64,000 nucleotides of DNA from Candidatus Harrisonbacteria bacterium (GCA_016867415.1 VGJO01000002.1:6835-70834); one strand, 5' to 3'. Numbered from the stretch's first letter, positions 1 through 10,808 are shown. Program-made: numbers and translations. Notes: generated by a model from the letters alone, not told the origin.

Positions 1-1
1 T

Positions 2-295
2 TTCAAGCGCGGTGTTTGTGTCAAAGTCGCTACCATGACCCCAAAGAAGCCAAACTCTGCTCTTCGTAAGTTTGCCCGAGTCCGCCTCACCAATGGCACC
101 GAAATCACCGCTTACATTCCCGGCGAGGGCCATAATCTCCAAGAGCACTCCGTCGTCATGATCCGCGGTGGTCGTGTAAAGGATCTTCCTGGTGTCCGCT
201 ATCACATCGTCCGCGGTCGCCTTGATACCTCGGGAGTAAACGATCGCAAACAGCAGCGCTCCAAGTACGGCGCTAAAGTTGGTAAAAAGAAATAA
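2..295 (+). CDS. rpsL: 30S ribosomal protein S12 (5' end outside window)
   Basis: [30 protein letters not shown] motifs; frame open from base 2. Confidence 0.98.
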   Translation, partial: FKRGVCVKVATMTPKKPNSALRKFARVRLTNGTEITAYIPGEGHNLQEHSVVMIRGGRVKDLPGVRYHIVRGRLDTSGVNDRKQQRSKYGAKVGKKK

Positions 296-313
296 AGATA
301 AAAACTATTAATC

Positions 314-799
314 ATGAGACGAGCTAGAAAATATCGCAAATATCACAAACCAGATGCTAAGTACCAGAGCACCGTTGTCACCCGATTTGTCAATTACTTA
401 ATGGAAAGTGGCAAAAAAAGTGTCGCTCAAGGTGTCATCTATGATGCCTTCGATATAATAAAAGAAAAAGCTAAAGAAGAGCCTCTTCCTATTTTTGAGC
501 GCGCCTTGGAAAATGCTGCTCCTCAGCTCGAAGTAGTCACGACAAGAGTCGGTGGCGCCAACTACCAAGTCCCTCGAGAAGTCCGCGATGACCGCCGCTT
601 CATCCTTGCTGCTCGCTGGATGATTGAGGCCGCCCGTAGTGTGAAGGGTAAGCCGATGGCCGTAAAAATCGCCGAGGAAATCATGGCCGCCGCCAAAAAC
701 GAAGGGAATGCCGTCAAGAAAAAGATCAACACCCACCGTATGGCTGAAGCCAACCGCGCCTTCGCTCACTTTGCCCGTTCCTCCGCCCCTCGCCACTAA
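314..799 (+). CDS. rpsG: 30S ribosomal protein S7
   Basis: RVGGANYQVP, HRMAEANRAFAH; str operon position. Confidence 0.98.
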   Translation: MRRARKYRKYHKPDAKYQSTVVTRFVNYLMESGKKSVAQGVIYDAFDIIKEKAKEEPLPIFERALENAAPQLEVVTTRVGGANYQVPREVRDDRRFILAARWMIEAARSVKGKPMAVKIAEEIMAAAKNEGNAVKKKINTHRMAEANRAFAHFARSSAPRH

Positions 800-881
800 T
801 TTTTCCCCGCCCGACTTTGAGTAGTTTATATTTTTTTAGTCCTACTATAAATAACAATATATTGTAAAATACATCACCATT

Positions 882-2993
882 ATGGCCCGAGAATATCCTA
901 TAGAAAGAGTTCGCGATATTGGTATCGTCGCTCACATCGACGCTGGCAAGACTACCGTCTCCGAGCGTATTCTTTTTTATACCGGCGTTTCCCATAAGAT
1001 CGGAGAGGTACATGAGGGCGACACCGTAATGGACTGGATGGAGCAGGAGCGCGAGCGTGGTATCACTATTACCGCCGCCGCCACGACCTGTTTTTGGACC
1101 CCGACCTATGCAAAGGATAATAAGGGTCAGGATTACCGAATTAATCTCATCGACACTCCAGGCCACATCGACTTTACCGTTGAGGTGAAACGCTCCATGC
1201 GTGTCTTAGATGGTGCTTGTGTCGTCTTTGATGGCGTAGCTGGCGTGGAAGCGCAATCCGAGACTAATTGGCGCTATGCCGACGAATACATGGTGCCCCG
1301 CATCTGCTTTATTAATAAGCTCGATCGCACGGGCGCGAGTTTTGATAATAGCTTCAAGTCTATTTTGGATAAATTAAATCCCAACGCCATCCAAATGCAG
1401 ATTCCGATTGGCATGGAAGGAAATTTTGAGGGTCTCATCGATCTTCTGTCTGGTAAAGTCTACCGCTTTGAAGGTGTAAAAGGTGAAAAAATAATCGAAA
1501 GCAGTGATATTCCTGAGGACTACAAAGAACAGTATAAAGAAAAGCGGGGGAAGCTCATTGAACGCATCGTCGAGCATGACGATACCGCTATGGGAAGCTA
1601 TCTTGAAGGCGAGGAAGTCTCTGTTGCGGATCTAAAGCGCATTCTCCGCAAAGCTACTTTAGAAATCAAGCTTATCCCAGTCTTCACCGGCTCCGCTTTA
1701 AAAAATAAAGGTGTCCAGCTCATGCTTGATGGCATCATCGACTATCTTCCTTCTCCTGCCGATGTTCTCCCGGCCAAAGGCACAGATCCGGATTCCGGCG
1801 CCGAGATCACTCGTCTTGCCACTGATGATGAAAAATTCTCCGCGCTTGCTTTCAAAATTGCCGCTGATCCTTTTGTTGGTTCCCTCACCTTTTTTCGAGT
1901 CTATTCGGGCGTCCTTCGTACCGGCAGTTACGTCTTTAATACCAATAAGGGAATCAAGGAGCGCGTTGGCCGCATTCTCCGGATGCACGCCAATCACCGT
2001 GAAGATGTAGAGGAAATCCATGCTGGTGACCTTGGCGCCTTAGTCGGTATGAAAGATACCACAACTGGCGACACCCTAGCCGATCCCGAAAATCCAATCA
2101 TTCTCGAAAAAATTATCTTCCCCGAACCGGTTATCAGTATGCGTATCGAGCCCAAGACCAAAGTCGACCAGGAAAAAATGGGTATTGCCCTCCGTCGTCT
2201 TGCTGAAGAAGATCCAACTTTCCGCGTAGGTGGCGACGCCGAAACCGGGGAAACTATTATCAGTGGCATGGGTGAGCTCCAGCTTGAGATCATCGTCGAC
2301 CGCATGAAGCGCGAGTTTAAGGTAGAGGCCAACGTCGGCCGTCCGCAAGTCGCCTATCGAGAAACCATCCAAGGGAGCGCCGAAGCCGAAGGAAAATACA
2401 TCCGTCAGTCTGGTGGTCGCGGTCAGTATGGTCATTGCTGGCTCAAAGTGGAAGCCAATGAAAAAGGTGCGGGTTTTGAATTCATAGATGCTATCAAGGG
2501 TGGTGTCATTCCCCGTGAGTACATCCCAGCAGTAGAAAAAGGTGTCAAAGAAGCCGTTGAGAGGGGAGTCCTCGCCGGCTACCCGATAGTAGACGTCAAA
2601 GTCACTCTTTTTGATGGCAGTTTCCATGAAGTTGACTCCTCCGAAGCCGCTTTTAAGATCGCTGGTTCTATTGCTTTCCAGGATGGCGTTAAGCAAAGCA
2701 AGCCCGTCCTTCTTGAGCCGATCATGAAAGTACAGGTCATCACCCCAGCCGATTTTATGGGTGATGTCACTGGTGATATTAGCTCCAAGCGCGGCCGAAT
2801 CGAATCCATGGACGACCGCATGGGCGTAAAGGTAATTGAGGCTCTAATTCCTCTCTCTGAAATGTTCGGCTATGCGACTAAACTTCGCTCGATTACTCAA
2901 GGCCGTGGATCCTTCTCGATGGAATTCAGCAACTACGAGCCAATGCCAAACAATGTTGCTCAAGGCATCATCGAAGGCAAAGCCCAAAAGTAA
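882..2993 (+). CDS. fusA: elongation factor G
   Basis: [23 protein letters not shown]; 703 aa. Confidence 0.99.
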   Translation: MAREYPIERVRDIGIVAHIDAGKTTVSERILFYTGVSHKIGEVHEGDTVMDWMEQERERGITITAAATTCFWTPTYAKDNKGQDYRINLIDTPGHIDFTVEVKRSMRVLDGACVVFDGVAGVEAQSETNWRYADEYMVPRICFINKLDRTGASFDNSFKSILDKLNPNAIQMQIPIGMEGNFEGLIDLLSGKVYRFEGVKGEKIIESSDIPEDYKEQYKEKRGKLIERIVEHDDTAMGSYLEGEEVSVADLKRILRKATLEIKLIPVFTGSALKNKGVQLMLDGIIDYLPSPADVLPAKGTDPDSGAEITRLATDDEKFSALAFKIAADPFVGSLTFFRVYSGVLRTGSYVFNTNKGIKERVGRILRMHANHREDVEEIHAGDLGALVGMKDTTTGDTLADPENPIILEKIIFPEPVISMRIEPKTKVDQEKMGIALRRLAEEDPTFRVGGDAETGETIISGMGELQLEIIVDRMKREFKVEANVGRPQVAYRETIQGSAEAEGKYIRQSGGRGQYGHCWLKVEANEKGAGFEFIDAIKGGVIPREYIPAVEKGVKEAVERGVLAGYPIVDVKVTLFDGSFHEVDSSEAAFKIAGSIAFQDGVKQSKPVLLEPIMKVQVITPADFMGDVTGDISSKRGRIESMDDRMGVKVIEALIPLSEMFGYATKLRSITQGRGSFSMEFSNYEPMPNNVAQGIIEGKAQK

Positions 2994-3022
2994 ACTGTGC
3001 CTGTCATAGTCTACTGCAATTT

Positions 3023-3075
3023 ATAAAAAACACTGTCGTAAAATATAATAAATATTTTACGACAGTGTTTTTTAT
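3023..3075. terminator. perfect 24-bp inverted repeat, probable bidirectional terminator after fusA
   Basis: ataaaaaacactgtcgtaaaatat-aataa-atattttacgacagtgttttttat. Confidence 0.75.
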
Positions 3076-3082
3076 CCCCAGT

Positions 3083-3110
3083 TTGACAAATAAGAAAATT
3101 TAAGTATACT
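3083..3110 (+). promoter_or_regulatory. sigma70-type promoter for inserted orphan genes
   Basis: TTGACA-N16-TATACT. Confidence 0.65.
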
Positions 3111-3177
3111 AAATATTGTCAAATAGTGAGTTTTTTTGCACCTTAAATTTCCTCTAGAAACAAAAAGGATCCTTCCT

Positions 3178-3489
3178 ATGCATGAACATTTAAACTTCCG
3201 ATCCATCACGACTAAAGAGGTATTTAAAATCCTCTTTGATGTGAACAGCGAGGCCTTCGAAGCCAACTTTTTTGCTTTTATCGGAGAACATTTTTCCGAA
3301 AGGATCAAAGAAGAACTCTTCCGACGCTACGATCATTACCAACGCGGCGGCAGAAATGATATCTTCGACGACAACTTCTGGAATTCGTATCTGAGTGGTC
3401 TCAATCTGATGCCCGAATCAAAAGCTCATCTTGGAGAGGAGCTCGCCGAGCTTTTGACGTCTTTCCGAGCCGCCATCGCTCTTTGCTAA
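3178..3489 (+). CDS. hypothetical orphan protein
   Basis: ORF; ATG 3178 preceded by AAAGGA; no recognised motif. Confidence 0.6.
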   Translation: MHEHLNFRSITTKEVFKILFDVNSEAFEANFFAFIGEHFSERIKEELFRRYDHYQRGGRNDIFDDNFWNSYLSGLNLMPESKAHLGEELAELLTSFRAAIALC

Positions 3490-3535
3490 CATCCTTTCTC
3501 GAATCATCCCTCGCTCTTCGCAAAGGAAGTTATTC

Positions 3536-3817
3536 ATGACCTTGGACGAAACCAGTCAATTTGGTGACGTGATCAGATTTCTAAATTCTGATCAAGGGAA
3601 GTCAAAGCGTCTCGCCGCCCTCCGTCGCATCCGCAAAGACCAGTTGTCAAAACTTACGCAAGCCGACCCGGTGCTCTACCTGCTCTTCATCCGTGCTTGC
3701 CGAAATAAGGGTAAGCATACTGATCTTGAAAAAAACTTCTTTCGGCTGGTCAATGATTTTTCAAGCGACCCTGCCGCCCTTCGTCAAGATCTTTCCACAC
3801 TTCTCAAAGCCGCCTAA
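3536..3817 (+). CDS. hypothetical orphan protein
   Basis: 93-aa ORF preceded by AAAGGAAG. Confidence 0.6.
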   Translation: MTLDETSQFGDVIRFLNSDQGKSKRLAALRRIRKDQLSKLTQADPVLYLLFIRACRNKGKHTDLEKNFFRLVNDFSSDPAALRQDLSTLLKAA

Positions 3818-3893
3818 CAGTTTGTCTCTGAAACCCCCTTATCCCTGCACTCTAGAGTGCAGGTTTTTTTCATAAAATGATATAATAAAAACA

Positions 3894-4619
3894 ATGCCTC
3901 TTTTCATAAAAATCCTTTCTCTGGGGATTATCGCCCTTGGCGGCTACTATTATTTTTTCAGTTCTCCTATCCTTATTAAAAAAGTTTCTTTTAAAAGCGA
4001 AGATGGCGTTCGCCTAATAGGCAATTATTACCGAAAAAAAGATGCTGTGCAAGAAAAAGCTGTCATCCTCGTTCCCGGCCTGCCCGCAACAAGAAAAAGC
4101 CTCCGAGAGCTCGCCACTCGTCTAGTGAAAGAAGGTTTTTTTGTCCTCACTCTTGATCTCCGTGGTTCCGGTGATTCCACAAAAGGCATTCATCCGCCTA
4201 CTAACTTTAACGAAAAAAAATATAAAGCCTCCAAGCTCGACCTCGAGGCCGCCCACACCTGGCTCTTTAATCAGGGCTTTCGTGATCCGGCTATCTACAT
4301 GGGCGGTGTGGGAATTGGCGCTAATCTTGTTCTGGAGTATGCCAGCCTCCATCCAAAGACTCCCGCTCTTTTTGCCCTTTCCCCGACTCCTGAAAGTTTT
4401 GGGATCCGGCCGATGGATTTCATTGGCAATATCAATCCCTCTATTCGCATTCTTTTCCTCACTTCCACCTCCGAGCTCGAAAATCGCCAAGCTATAGATA
4501 TTTTCTCTTCATTCTTGCCAAATTCTTCTACTCAAATCTATAAAGTAGGCGGTCACGGATCTTCGCTCCTTTTACAATATCCCAAAGCCGCTATCGATAT
4601 CATTAATTTTTTCCAGTAA
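3894..4619 (+). CDS. membrane-anchored alpha/beta hydrolase fold protein (nucleophile elbow GVGIG, no Ser)
   Basis: N-terminal TM, SEDGVRLIG, LDLRGSGDS, GGHG. Confidence 0.8.
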   Translation: MPLFIKILSLGIIALGGYYYFFSSPILIKKVSFKSEDGVRLIGNYYRKKDAVQEKAVILVPGLPATRKSLRELATRLVKEGFFVLTLDLRGSGDSTKGIHPPTNFNEKKYKASKLDLEAAHTWLFNQGFRDPAIYMGGVGIGANLVLEYASLHPKTPALFALSPTPESFGIRPMDFIGNINPSIRILFLTSTSELENRQAIDIFSSFLPNSSTQIYKVGGHGSSLLLQYPKAAIDIINFFQ

Positions 4620-4622
4620 GGA

Positions 4623-4651
4623 TTGACAAAAGAAAAAGGGAAATATACAAT
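4623..4651 (+). promoter_or_regulatory. sigma70-type promoter of tuf
   Basis: TTGACA-N17-TACAAT. Confidence 0.7.
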
Positions 4652-4700
4652 AAACTTTACAGAAAAAATTAATTATTAAGTAAATAAGTAAAGTAAAAAA

Positions 4701-5900
4701 ATGGCTGAAAAGGCAAAATTTGAAAGAAACAAACCGCACGTAAACGTCGGTACTATTGGTCACGTTGACCACGGCAAGTCTACAACCACTGCCGCTATCA
4801 CCCACGTCCTTCACTTGAAGGGACTCATCGCAAAAGAAGTCGGAGTTGATGACCTCGATAAAGCTCCGGAAGAAAAGGCGCGTGGAATAACGATCTCCAT
4901 TCACCACTCCGAGTACGAGACCGAGAATCGTCACTATGCTCACATTGACGCCCCTGGTCACGCAGATTACATCAAAAACATGATCACTGGTGCCGCTCAA
5001 ATGGATGGCGCCATCCTCGTAGTTTCCGCCGCTGACGGCCCAATGCCGCAAACTCGCGAGCACATCCTTCTCGCTCGCCAAGTCGGCGTACCTTCGATTA
5101 TTGTCTTCTTAAACAAGTGCGATATGGTGGATGACCCTGAGCTTATCGATCTCGTCGAGCAGGAAGTTCGTGAACTTTTGAAAAAGTATGAATACCCTGG
5201 AGACACGACTCCAGTAGTCCGCGGTTCCTCTTTGAAGGCTTTAAATGCTACGAGTGTTGATGATCCGGCCATAAAGCCGATTCTTGACCTTGCTGCCGCT
5301 TTAGATTCTTACATTCCTCAGCCTGTTCGAGATACTGACAAGCCCTTCCTTATGCCGATCGAAGACATCTTCTCAATTGAAGGTCGCGGTACCGTCGTCA
5401 CTGGCCGTATTGAGCGCGGTATTATGAAGGTTAACGACGAGTGCGAAATAATCGGTCTTAAAGACACCCAAAAGTCCGTTATTACCGGTATTGAAATGTT
5501 CAATAAACTCCTCGACGAAGGTCGGGCTGGAGACAACGTCGGCGTCCTTCTCCGCGGTTTGAAGAAAGAAGATGTGGAGCGCGGCCAAGTAATCGCGAAG
5601 GGCGGTTCGGTCAACCCACACACTGATTTCGAAGCGGAAGTTTATATCTTAAGCAAAGAAGAAGGTGGTCGTCACACCCCATTCTTCAAGGGTTATAAAC
5701 CGCAGTTCTATATCCGCACCACTGACGTCACCGGCGAAGTAATGCTTCCTGAAGGTGTTGAGATGGTTATGCCCGGCGACACGATTAAATTCAATGTTAA
5801 GTTGATCGCTCCAGTCGCTTTGGAAGAAAAGCAGCGCTTCGCTATCCGCGAGGGTGGCAAGACTGTTGGTGCCGGCGTGGTCACTAAGATTAATAAGTAA
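4701..5900 (+). CDS. tuf: elongation factor Tu
   Basis: [34 protein letters not shown]. Confidence 0.99.
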   Translation: MAEKAKFERNKPHVNVGTIGHVDHGKSTTTAAITHVLHLKGLIAKEVGVDDLDKAPEEKARGITISIHHSEYETENRHYAHIDAPGHADYIKNMITGAAQMDGAILVVSAADGPMPQTREHILLARQVGVPSIIVFLNKCDMVDDPELIDLVEQEVRELLKKYEYPGDTTPVVRGSSLKALNATSVDDPAIKPILDLAAALDSYIPQPVRDTDKPFLMPIEDIFSIEGRGTVVTGRIERGIMKVNDECEIIGLKDTQKSVITGIEMFNKLLDEGRAGDNVGVLLRGLKKEDVERGQVIAKGGSVNPHTDFEAEVYILSKEEGGRHTPFFKGYKPQFYIRTTDVTGEVMLPEGVEMVMPGDTIKFNVKLIAPVALEEKQRFAIREGGKTVGAGVVTKINK

Positions 5901-5926
5901 TATTTATCTCAAGCTCTTTGAAGATT

Positions 5927-6253
5927 ATGGCTACTAAAACAGATCAAAAAGACAAATTACGCTTACGCATCAAAGCCTATGACAATAAGCTCATCGACAA
6001 TTCCTGTCGGCAGATTGTCCAGGTTGCCAAGCGTCACGATGCGGAAATTATTGGCCCTATTCCGCTTCCTACTGAGACCAGAAAGTACACTGTTAATCGA
6101 TCTACTTTCGTCCATAAGAACTCTCGGGAACAGTTTGAGCTGCGGGTTCATAAGCGCCTCATTGATATTTTGAATCCTAATGTGGCAATCATCGAATCCC
6201 TTTCCAGCCTTAATCTTCCGTCGGGTATTGATATTGAGATAAAAATGGTGTAA
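5927..6253 (+). CDS. rpsJ: 30S ribosomal protein S10 (NusE)
   Basis: GPIPLPT, SREQFELRVHKRLIDI. Confidence 0.97.
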   Translation: MATKTDQKDKLRLRIKAYDNKLIDNSCRQIVQVAKRHDAEIIGPIPLPTETRKYTVNRSTFVHKNSREQFELRVHKRLIDILNPNVAIIESLSSLNLPSGIDIEIKMV

Positions 6254-6325
6254 ACTACCTGAGTTAATTGATTCCTAAACCTCTGACCCAATGCGTCAAG
6301 TTTAAAATGTGGTAGCTTGATGGAC

Positions 6326-6361
6326 ATAAAAAACGTCCGGATCGCTCCGGGCGTTTTTTAT
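6326..6361 (+). terminator. intrinsic terminator/attenuator hairpin between rpsJ and rplC
   Basis: aaaaaacgtccgga-tcgc-tccgggcgtttttt. Confidence 0.65.
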
Positions 6362-6394
6362 CGGCAAAAGAGGAAGGAGATCTAAGCCAAAATC

Positions 6395-6823
6395 ATGAAA
6401 AAAATCATCGGCGAAAAACTGAAAATGACCCAGGTTTGGAAAAACGATATTGTCGTCCCAGTTTCCATCATTCGGATTAAGGAAGATTCTGATTTTTCCG
6501 ACTTAAAAGAAGGTGTCCTCGTCAAAGTAAGCGGTCTTAACAAGGGGCATGGTTTTCAGGGTACGGTAAAGCGGCATGGTTTTGGTGGTGGTCCTAAGAC
6601 GCATGGTCAGAAAAATCGTTTCCGTGCCCCGGGTTCTATCGGTCACACCGCACCTCAAAGAGTTATTAAGGGAAAGCGTATGGCCGGCCGAATGGGCCAA
6701 GAAAGAATCACCGTCAAAAATCTCAAAGTAGTCGAAGTCATCGCTGATACTCGTGAGCTTTTTCTCCGTGGCGCTGTCCCTGGTAGTAAAGGTGGCAAAA
6801 TTGAAGTCTACTATGAAAACTAA
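6395..6823 (+). CDS. rplC: 50S ribosomal protein L3 (internally shortened, 142 aa)
   Basis: KGHGFQGTVKRHG, RAPGSIG, MAGRMG, GAVPG. Confidence 0.95.
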   Translation: MKKIIGEKLKMTQVWKNDIVVPVSIIRIKEDSDFSDLKEGVLVKVSGLNKGHGFQGTVKRHGFGGGPKTHGQKNRFRAPGSIGHTAPQRVIKGKRMAGRMGQERITVKNLKVVEVIADTRELFLRGAVPGSKGGKIEVYYEN

Positions 6824-7421
6824 TCTCTACAATTTGGATAATAAAGTAATCGGCGAGATTGACTTGAGCGACGCTATTTTCGGCCGCGCTTGGAATCCTG
6901 ATCTCGTTCATCAGGTAGTAGTAGCAATGGATGCTAACGCTCGTTTGCCATGGGCGCATACCAAAACTCGTGGAGAAGTTCGTGGTGGTGGCAAAAAACC
7001 TTGGAAGCAAAAGGGGACTGGCCGTGCTCGTCATGGCTCTACTCGTTCTCCTATCTGGGTTGGTGGTGGTATTACTTTTGGTCCGAGAAACGACCGCAAT
7101 TATTCCCAAAAAGTAAACAAGAAAATGCTCCGCGCCGCCTTGCACAGTGTTTTGGCCAAAAAGTTTCAGGAAGGAGAGGTGAAGATTGTTTCTGATTTTA
7201 CTTCTGCTAATTGGAAGACAAAATCCGCCACTGCTATTTTGAAAAAACTCGGCATCGAAAACGCCTCTATTATTCCTTCTCTTGAGGATAAGAATTTAAA
7301 AATCGCTACTCGCAACTTGAAAAAAATTTCCTGTCTCTCCGCCACTAATTTAAATATCTCAGATATCATTCGGCACAAATCCGTCGTCATTTCCGCTGAT
7401 AGCGTAACTGCGATCCGATAA
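6813..7421 (+). CDS. rplD: 50S ribosomal protein L4
   Basis: TKTRGEVRGGGKKPWKQKGTGRARHGS; ATG 6813. Confidence 0.97.
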   Translation: MKTNLYNLDNKVIGEIDLSDAIFGRAWNPDLVHQVVVAMDANARLPWAHTKTRGEVRGGGKKPWKQKGTGRARHGSTRSPIWVGGGITFGPRNDRNYSQKVNKKMLRAALHSVLAKKFQEGEVKIVSDFTSANWKTKSATAILKKLGIENASIIPSLEDKNLKIATRNLKKISCLSATNLNISDIIRHKSVVISADSVTAIR

Positions 7422-7425
7422 ATCT

Positions 7426-7701
7426 ATGAACAAGTTTTTATTAAAAAAACCGATCGTTACCGAAAAATCCTCCAAGGCCTCCGAGACTGGAAAATACACC
7501 TTTATGGTTAAGGATGAGGCAAATAAAGTAGAACTCAAAAAAATTCTTGAGAAGACCTACAAAGTAAAGATTATTGGTATCAATATTTTGAATACGCAAA
7601 AGAAGCAGAAGCGAGTCGGACGCTTTATCGGCTTCAAGCCGGGTTATAAAAAGGCTATTGTCACCTTAAAGGCTGGAGAAAAAATAACAAATATCGGTTA
7701 A
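7426..7701 (+). CDS. rplW: 50S ribosomal protein L23
   Basis: PIVTEKS, YKKAIVTL. Confidence 0.96.
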   Translation: MNKFLLKKPIVTEKSSKASETGKYTFMVKDEANKVELKKILEKTYKVKIIGINILNTQKKQKRVGRFIGFKPGYKKAIVTLKAGEKITNIG

Positions 7702-7711
7702 TCCCACTCTT

Positions 7712-8551
7712 ATGAAAAAATACAAACCGACAACTAAATCTCTCCGCGGTACTACTGTAGTAGACTACAGCTCTTTTGTGACGACCAAAAAGCCATTTAA
7801 GCGTCTCACTGAGAGAATTAAACAAAGCGCTGGTCGCAATCATCATGGTCGCATCACCATGAGGCACCAAGGCGGTGGCAATAAAAAGACCTATCGGACC
7901 ATTGATTTCAAACAGGATCGTTTTAATATTCCCGCCCGAGTGGAAACTATCGAATATAGCCCCTATCACAGCGCCTTTATTGCTCTTGTAGTTTACAAGG
8001 ATGGTCTCCGCTCTTACATTCTCGCTACCAAAGACGTAAAAGTAGGGGACATTCTCACGACCTCCGAAGATGCTAAGCTCACTCCTGGCAATCGCCTTCC
8101 TTTGAAAAAAATCCCCGTTGGTTATAGCGTAAACAATGTTGAGCTCACTCGCGGTACTGGTGGCAAAATTGCCCGTTCCGCCGGCACCTCCGTCGAAATA
8201 TTGGCACACGACGCCGGCTATACCGACTTAAAGCTTGGTTCCCGGGCAGTCCGTAAAGTCTCCTCCGAAAGCTTGGCGACTATCGGCCAGATATCCAATA
8301 TCGAATGGTCACTAGTAAAGATTGGTAAGGCCGGTCGCAATCGCTGGCTCGGTGTTCGTCCAACCGTCCGTGGTACTGCTATGAATCCAGTTGATCACCC
8401 TTATGGTGGTGGAGAACAGAAACAACCTCGTGGCACTAAACGCCCGAAGGACATTTGGGGTAATATCACTGGTGGCAGAAAGACCCGAAAGCGCAAGAAG
8501 TGGTCTGATCACCTCATTGTTTCACGCCGTATCAATAAAGTAAGAAAATAA
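7712..8551 (+). CDS. rplB: 50S ribosomal protein L2
   Basis: [29 protein letters not shown]. Confidence 0.98.
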   Translation: MKKYKPTTKSLRGTTVVDYSSFVTTKKPFKRLTERIKQSAGRNHHGRITMRHQGGGNKKTYRTIDFKQDRFNIPARVETIEYSPYHSAFIALVVYKDGLRSYILATKDVKVGDILTTSEDAKLTPGNRLPLKKIPVGYSVNNVELTRGTGGKIARSAGTSVEILAHDAGYTDLKLGSRAVRKVSSESLATIGQISNIEWSLVKIGKAGRNRWLGVRPTVRGTAMNPVDHPYGGGEQKQPRGTKRPKDIWGNITGGRKTRKRKKWSDHLIVSRRINKVRK

Positions 8552-8555
8552 ACCT

Positions 8556-8891
8556 ATGAGCAGAAGTTCTAAAAAAGGTCCATACGTCGACCAGAAATTA
8601 ATTAAAAAGCTTTCAAAGATCAGTCCGTCTGATAAGACCGTGATTAATACTTGGGCTCGCGCCTCAGAAATTTCTCCAGAAATGGTTGGCTTCACTTTAG
8701 GAATTCACAATGGCCGAAAGCACATTCCAGTCAAAATCCGCGAAGAAATGGTTGGTCACCGACTTGGTGAATTTTCTCCTACCCGCACCTTCAGTAAGCA
8801 CGGCGGTAAAATTCAAAAAGAACTCGAGCAAAAAGCTGCCTTAGCCGCTAAGACCGCCTCTCAGGCCGCTAAGACCGAAGGTAAGAAATAA
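8556..8891 (+). CDS. rpsS: 30S ribosomal protein S19
   Basis: [23 protein letters not shown]. Confidence 0.97.
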   Translation: MSRSSKKGPYVDQKLIKKLSKISPSDKTVINTWARASEISPEMVGFTLGIHNGRKHIPVKIREEMVGHRLGEFSPTRTFSKHGGKIQKELEQKAALAAKTASQAAKTEGKK

Positions 8892-8899
8892 ATATTTCT

Positions 8900-9406
8900 A
8901 TGAAAGAAACTACTGTAAAACTTCGATACTTGAAGATGGCGCCTCGTAAGGTTCGCTTAGTTGCTCATTCGGTTAAAGGTCTTCATACCACTGAAGCCGA
9001 AGCTCAACTCATGCTTCGTGCCAAGCGCGCCACTACTCCAGTCATTAAGCTCATCCGAGCTGGGATTGCGAGCGCCCGAGAAAAAGGTATGAACCCAAAT
9101 GCCCTAGTAATTAAGACTTTTCAAGTGGACCAAGGGCCAATGCTAAAGCGTGTTCTTCCGGCCGCTATGGGTCGCGCCAACACCATGCAGAAAAAAATGA
9201 GCCATCTCACCTTAGTTCTTGCCGAAGGTAAAGCTATTCTTCCTCCTTTTAATATTGTTCGAAAAAAACCAAAAACCGCCAAAGAAACCGTAAAGCCCAT
9301 CAAAAAAACCGAACGCACAGAAAAAAATAAAGAAAAAAATAAGGTCGTTGTCGAGGATAAAAATACCGGCATCATGAAAAAAATATTCCGTCGGAAAAGC
9401 GTCTAA
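8900..9406 (+). CDS. rplV: 50S ribosomal protein L22 with Lys-rich C-terminal extension
   Basis: APRKVRLVA, VDQGPMLKR, SHLTLVL. Confidence 0.95.
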   Translation: MKETTVKLRYLKMAPRKVRLVAHSVKGLHTTEAEAQLMLRAKRATTPVIKLIRAGIASAREKGMNPNALVIKTFQVDQGPMLKRVLPAAMGRANTMQKKMSHLTLVLAEGKAILPPFNIVRKKPKTAKETVKPIKKTERTEKNKEKNKVVVEDKNTGIMKKIFRRKSV

Positions 9407-9450
9407 TTAGACAAAAAAGACACTAATAATTATAATTAGGCACTAAAAGT

Positions 9451-10164
9451 ATGGGACAAAAGATTAGACCAGATTCGCTTCGGCTCGGCATTGTTAATGA
9501 TTGGCACGCCCGTTGGTTTGCTAAGAAGTCTTTCCGCACCTATCTGCAAGAAGATGTGGTTATTCGCGCCGCTGTCATGAAACGCATCGCCACCGCCGGC
9601 GTGGTAAACATTAAAATAGAGAGAAACAGCAGTAATGACTGTCGCGTCACTATAAAAGCCGCTCGCCCAGGTCTCATTATTGGTCGGGGAGGAAAGGGGA
9701 TTGAAGAACTCACCGCTTTTATCGAAAAAGCCTTGACCACAATGCGCAAGAAAAATAATCTTGCAAAAGGTCCTCACTCCAAGCTTAAAATCTCCATTGA
9801 AGACTTAAAAGCGCAAGACATTTTCTCTGCCGTCATCGCCCAAAATATCGCTCTTGATCTTGAAAAGCGTATGCCTTTCCGTCGCCTCTTAAAGAAAGCA
9901 ATCGATACCGCCATGCAAAACAGAGATGTGAAAGGCATAAAAGTCCGGGTCTCCGGTCGCTTAAACGGCTCCGAAATTGCCCGTAGTGAATCTCTATCAA
10001 AAGGCAGTCTTCCCCTCCAGACTCTCCGCGCGCTTATTGACTATGCGGAAGCCACTGCTTTTACTACCTATGGCACAATCGGCGTCAAAGTTTGGCTTTA
10101 CAAAGGCCAGGTTTTTGAAGATAATAAACCCTCAAAAGAAAAATCCGGCGATTCAGAAAAATAA
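9451..10164 (+). CDS. rpsC: 30S ribosomal protein S3
   Basis: MGQKI, RPGLIIGRGG, GRLNGSEIAR, TTYGTIGVKVW. Confidence 0.97.
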   Translation: MGQKIRPDSLRLGIVNDWHARWFAKKSFRTYLQEDVVIRAAVMKRIATAGVVNIKIERNSSNDCRVTIKAARPGLIIGRGGKGIEELTAFIEKALTTMRKKNNLAKGPHSKLKISIEDLKAQDIFSAVIAQNIALDLEKRMPFRRLLKKAIDTAMQNRDVKGIKVRVSGRLNGSEIARSESLSKGSLPLQTLRALIDYAEATAFTTYGTIGVKVWLYKGQVFEDNKPSKEKSGDSEK

Positions 10165-10173
10165 ACCAAAAGT

Positions 10174-10584
10174 ATGTTACTTCCTAAAAAGGTCAAACAT
10201 CGAAAGTGGCAAAAAGGCCGGTCCCGCAAGCGGACCATTGAGACTCGGGGCACCAAGCTTTCCTACGGAAGCTTCGGCTTGAAGGCCGAATCCGCCGCCT
10301 GGATTACAAGTAAGCAGATCGAAGCCGCCCGCCGCACGATCACCAACTTTTTAAAGCGAGAAGGCACCGTCTATATCCGCATTTTTCCAGATAAGCCAGT
10401 CACCATGCGTCCGCCAGAAGTTACTATGGGTGGTGGCAAGGGTGCCGTTGATCACTATGTCTTTGCTGTCCGTCCCGGTCGCGTCCTCTTTGAAGTCGAT
10501 GGAGTAGATCAAAAGAAAGCCGATCGAGCCTTGAGCCTTGCAGGCTACAAGCTTCCGGTGAAGACCCGCGTCATCGGTAAATAA
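10174..10584 (+). CDS. rplP: 50S ribosomal protein L16
   Basis: MLLPKKVKHRK, RIFPDKPVT, MGGGKG. Confidence 0.97.
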   Translation: MLLPKKVKHRKWQKGRSRKRTIETRGTKLSYGSFGLKAESAAWITSKQIEAARRTITNFLKREGTVYIRIFPDKPVTMRPPEVTMGGGKGAVDHYVFAVRPGRVLFEVDGVDQKKADRALSLAGYKLPVKTRVIGK

Positions 10585-10589
10585 TTTTT

Positions 10590-10808
10590 ATGAAAAAAGA
10601 TGAGCTGAAAATCCTCCGATCTAAATCTGTTTCGGAACTCAAAAAATCAATCTCTGAGGCTAAGGACCGCCTCTGGAATTTTCGCAATGAATTATTAAGT
10701 GGTAAAGCTAAAAACGCCAAGAAATTGAAGGCCGAAAAAAAGCTTATCGCTCGTCTCAATACCTTTGCAAAAGAACAAGAACTTAACTCTGGAAAGACAG
10801 CCAAATAA
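10590..10808 (+). CDS. rpmC: 50S ribosomal protein L29
   Basis: position between rplP and rpsQ; KKLIARLNT. Confidence 0.88.
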   Translation: MKKDELKILRSKSVSELKKSISEAKDRLWNFRNELLSGKAKNAKKLKAEKKLIARLNTFAKEQELNSGKTAK

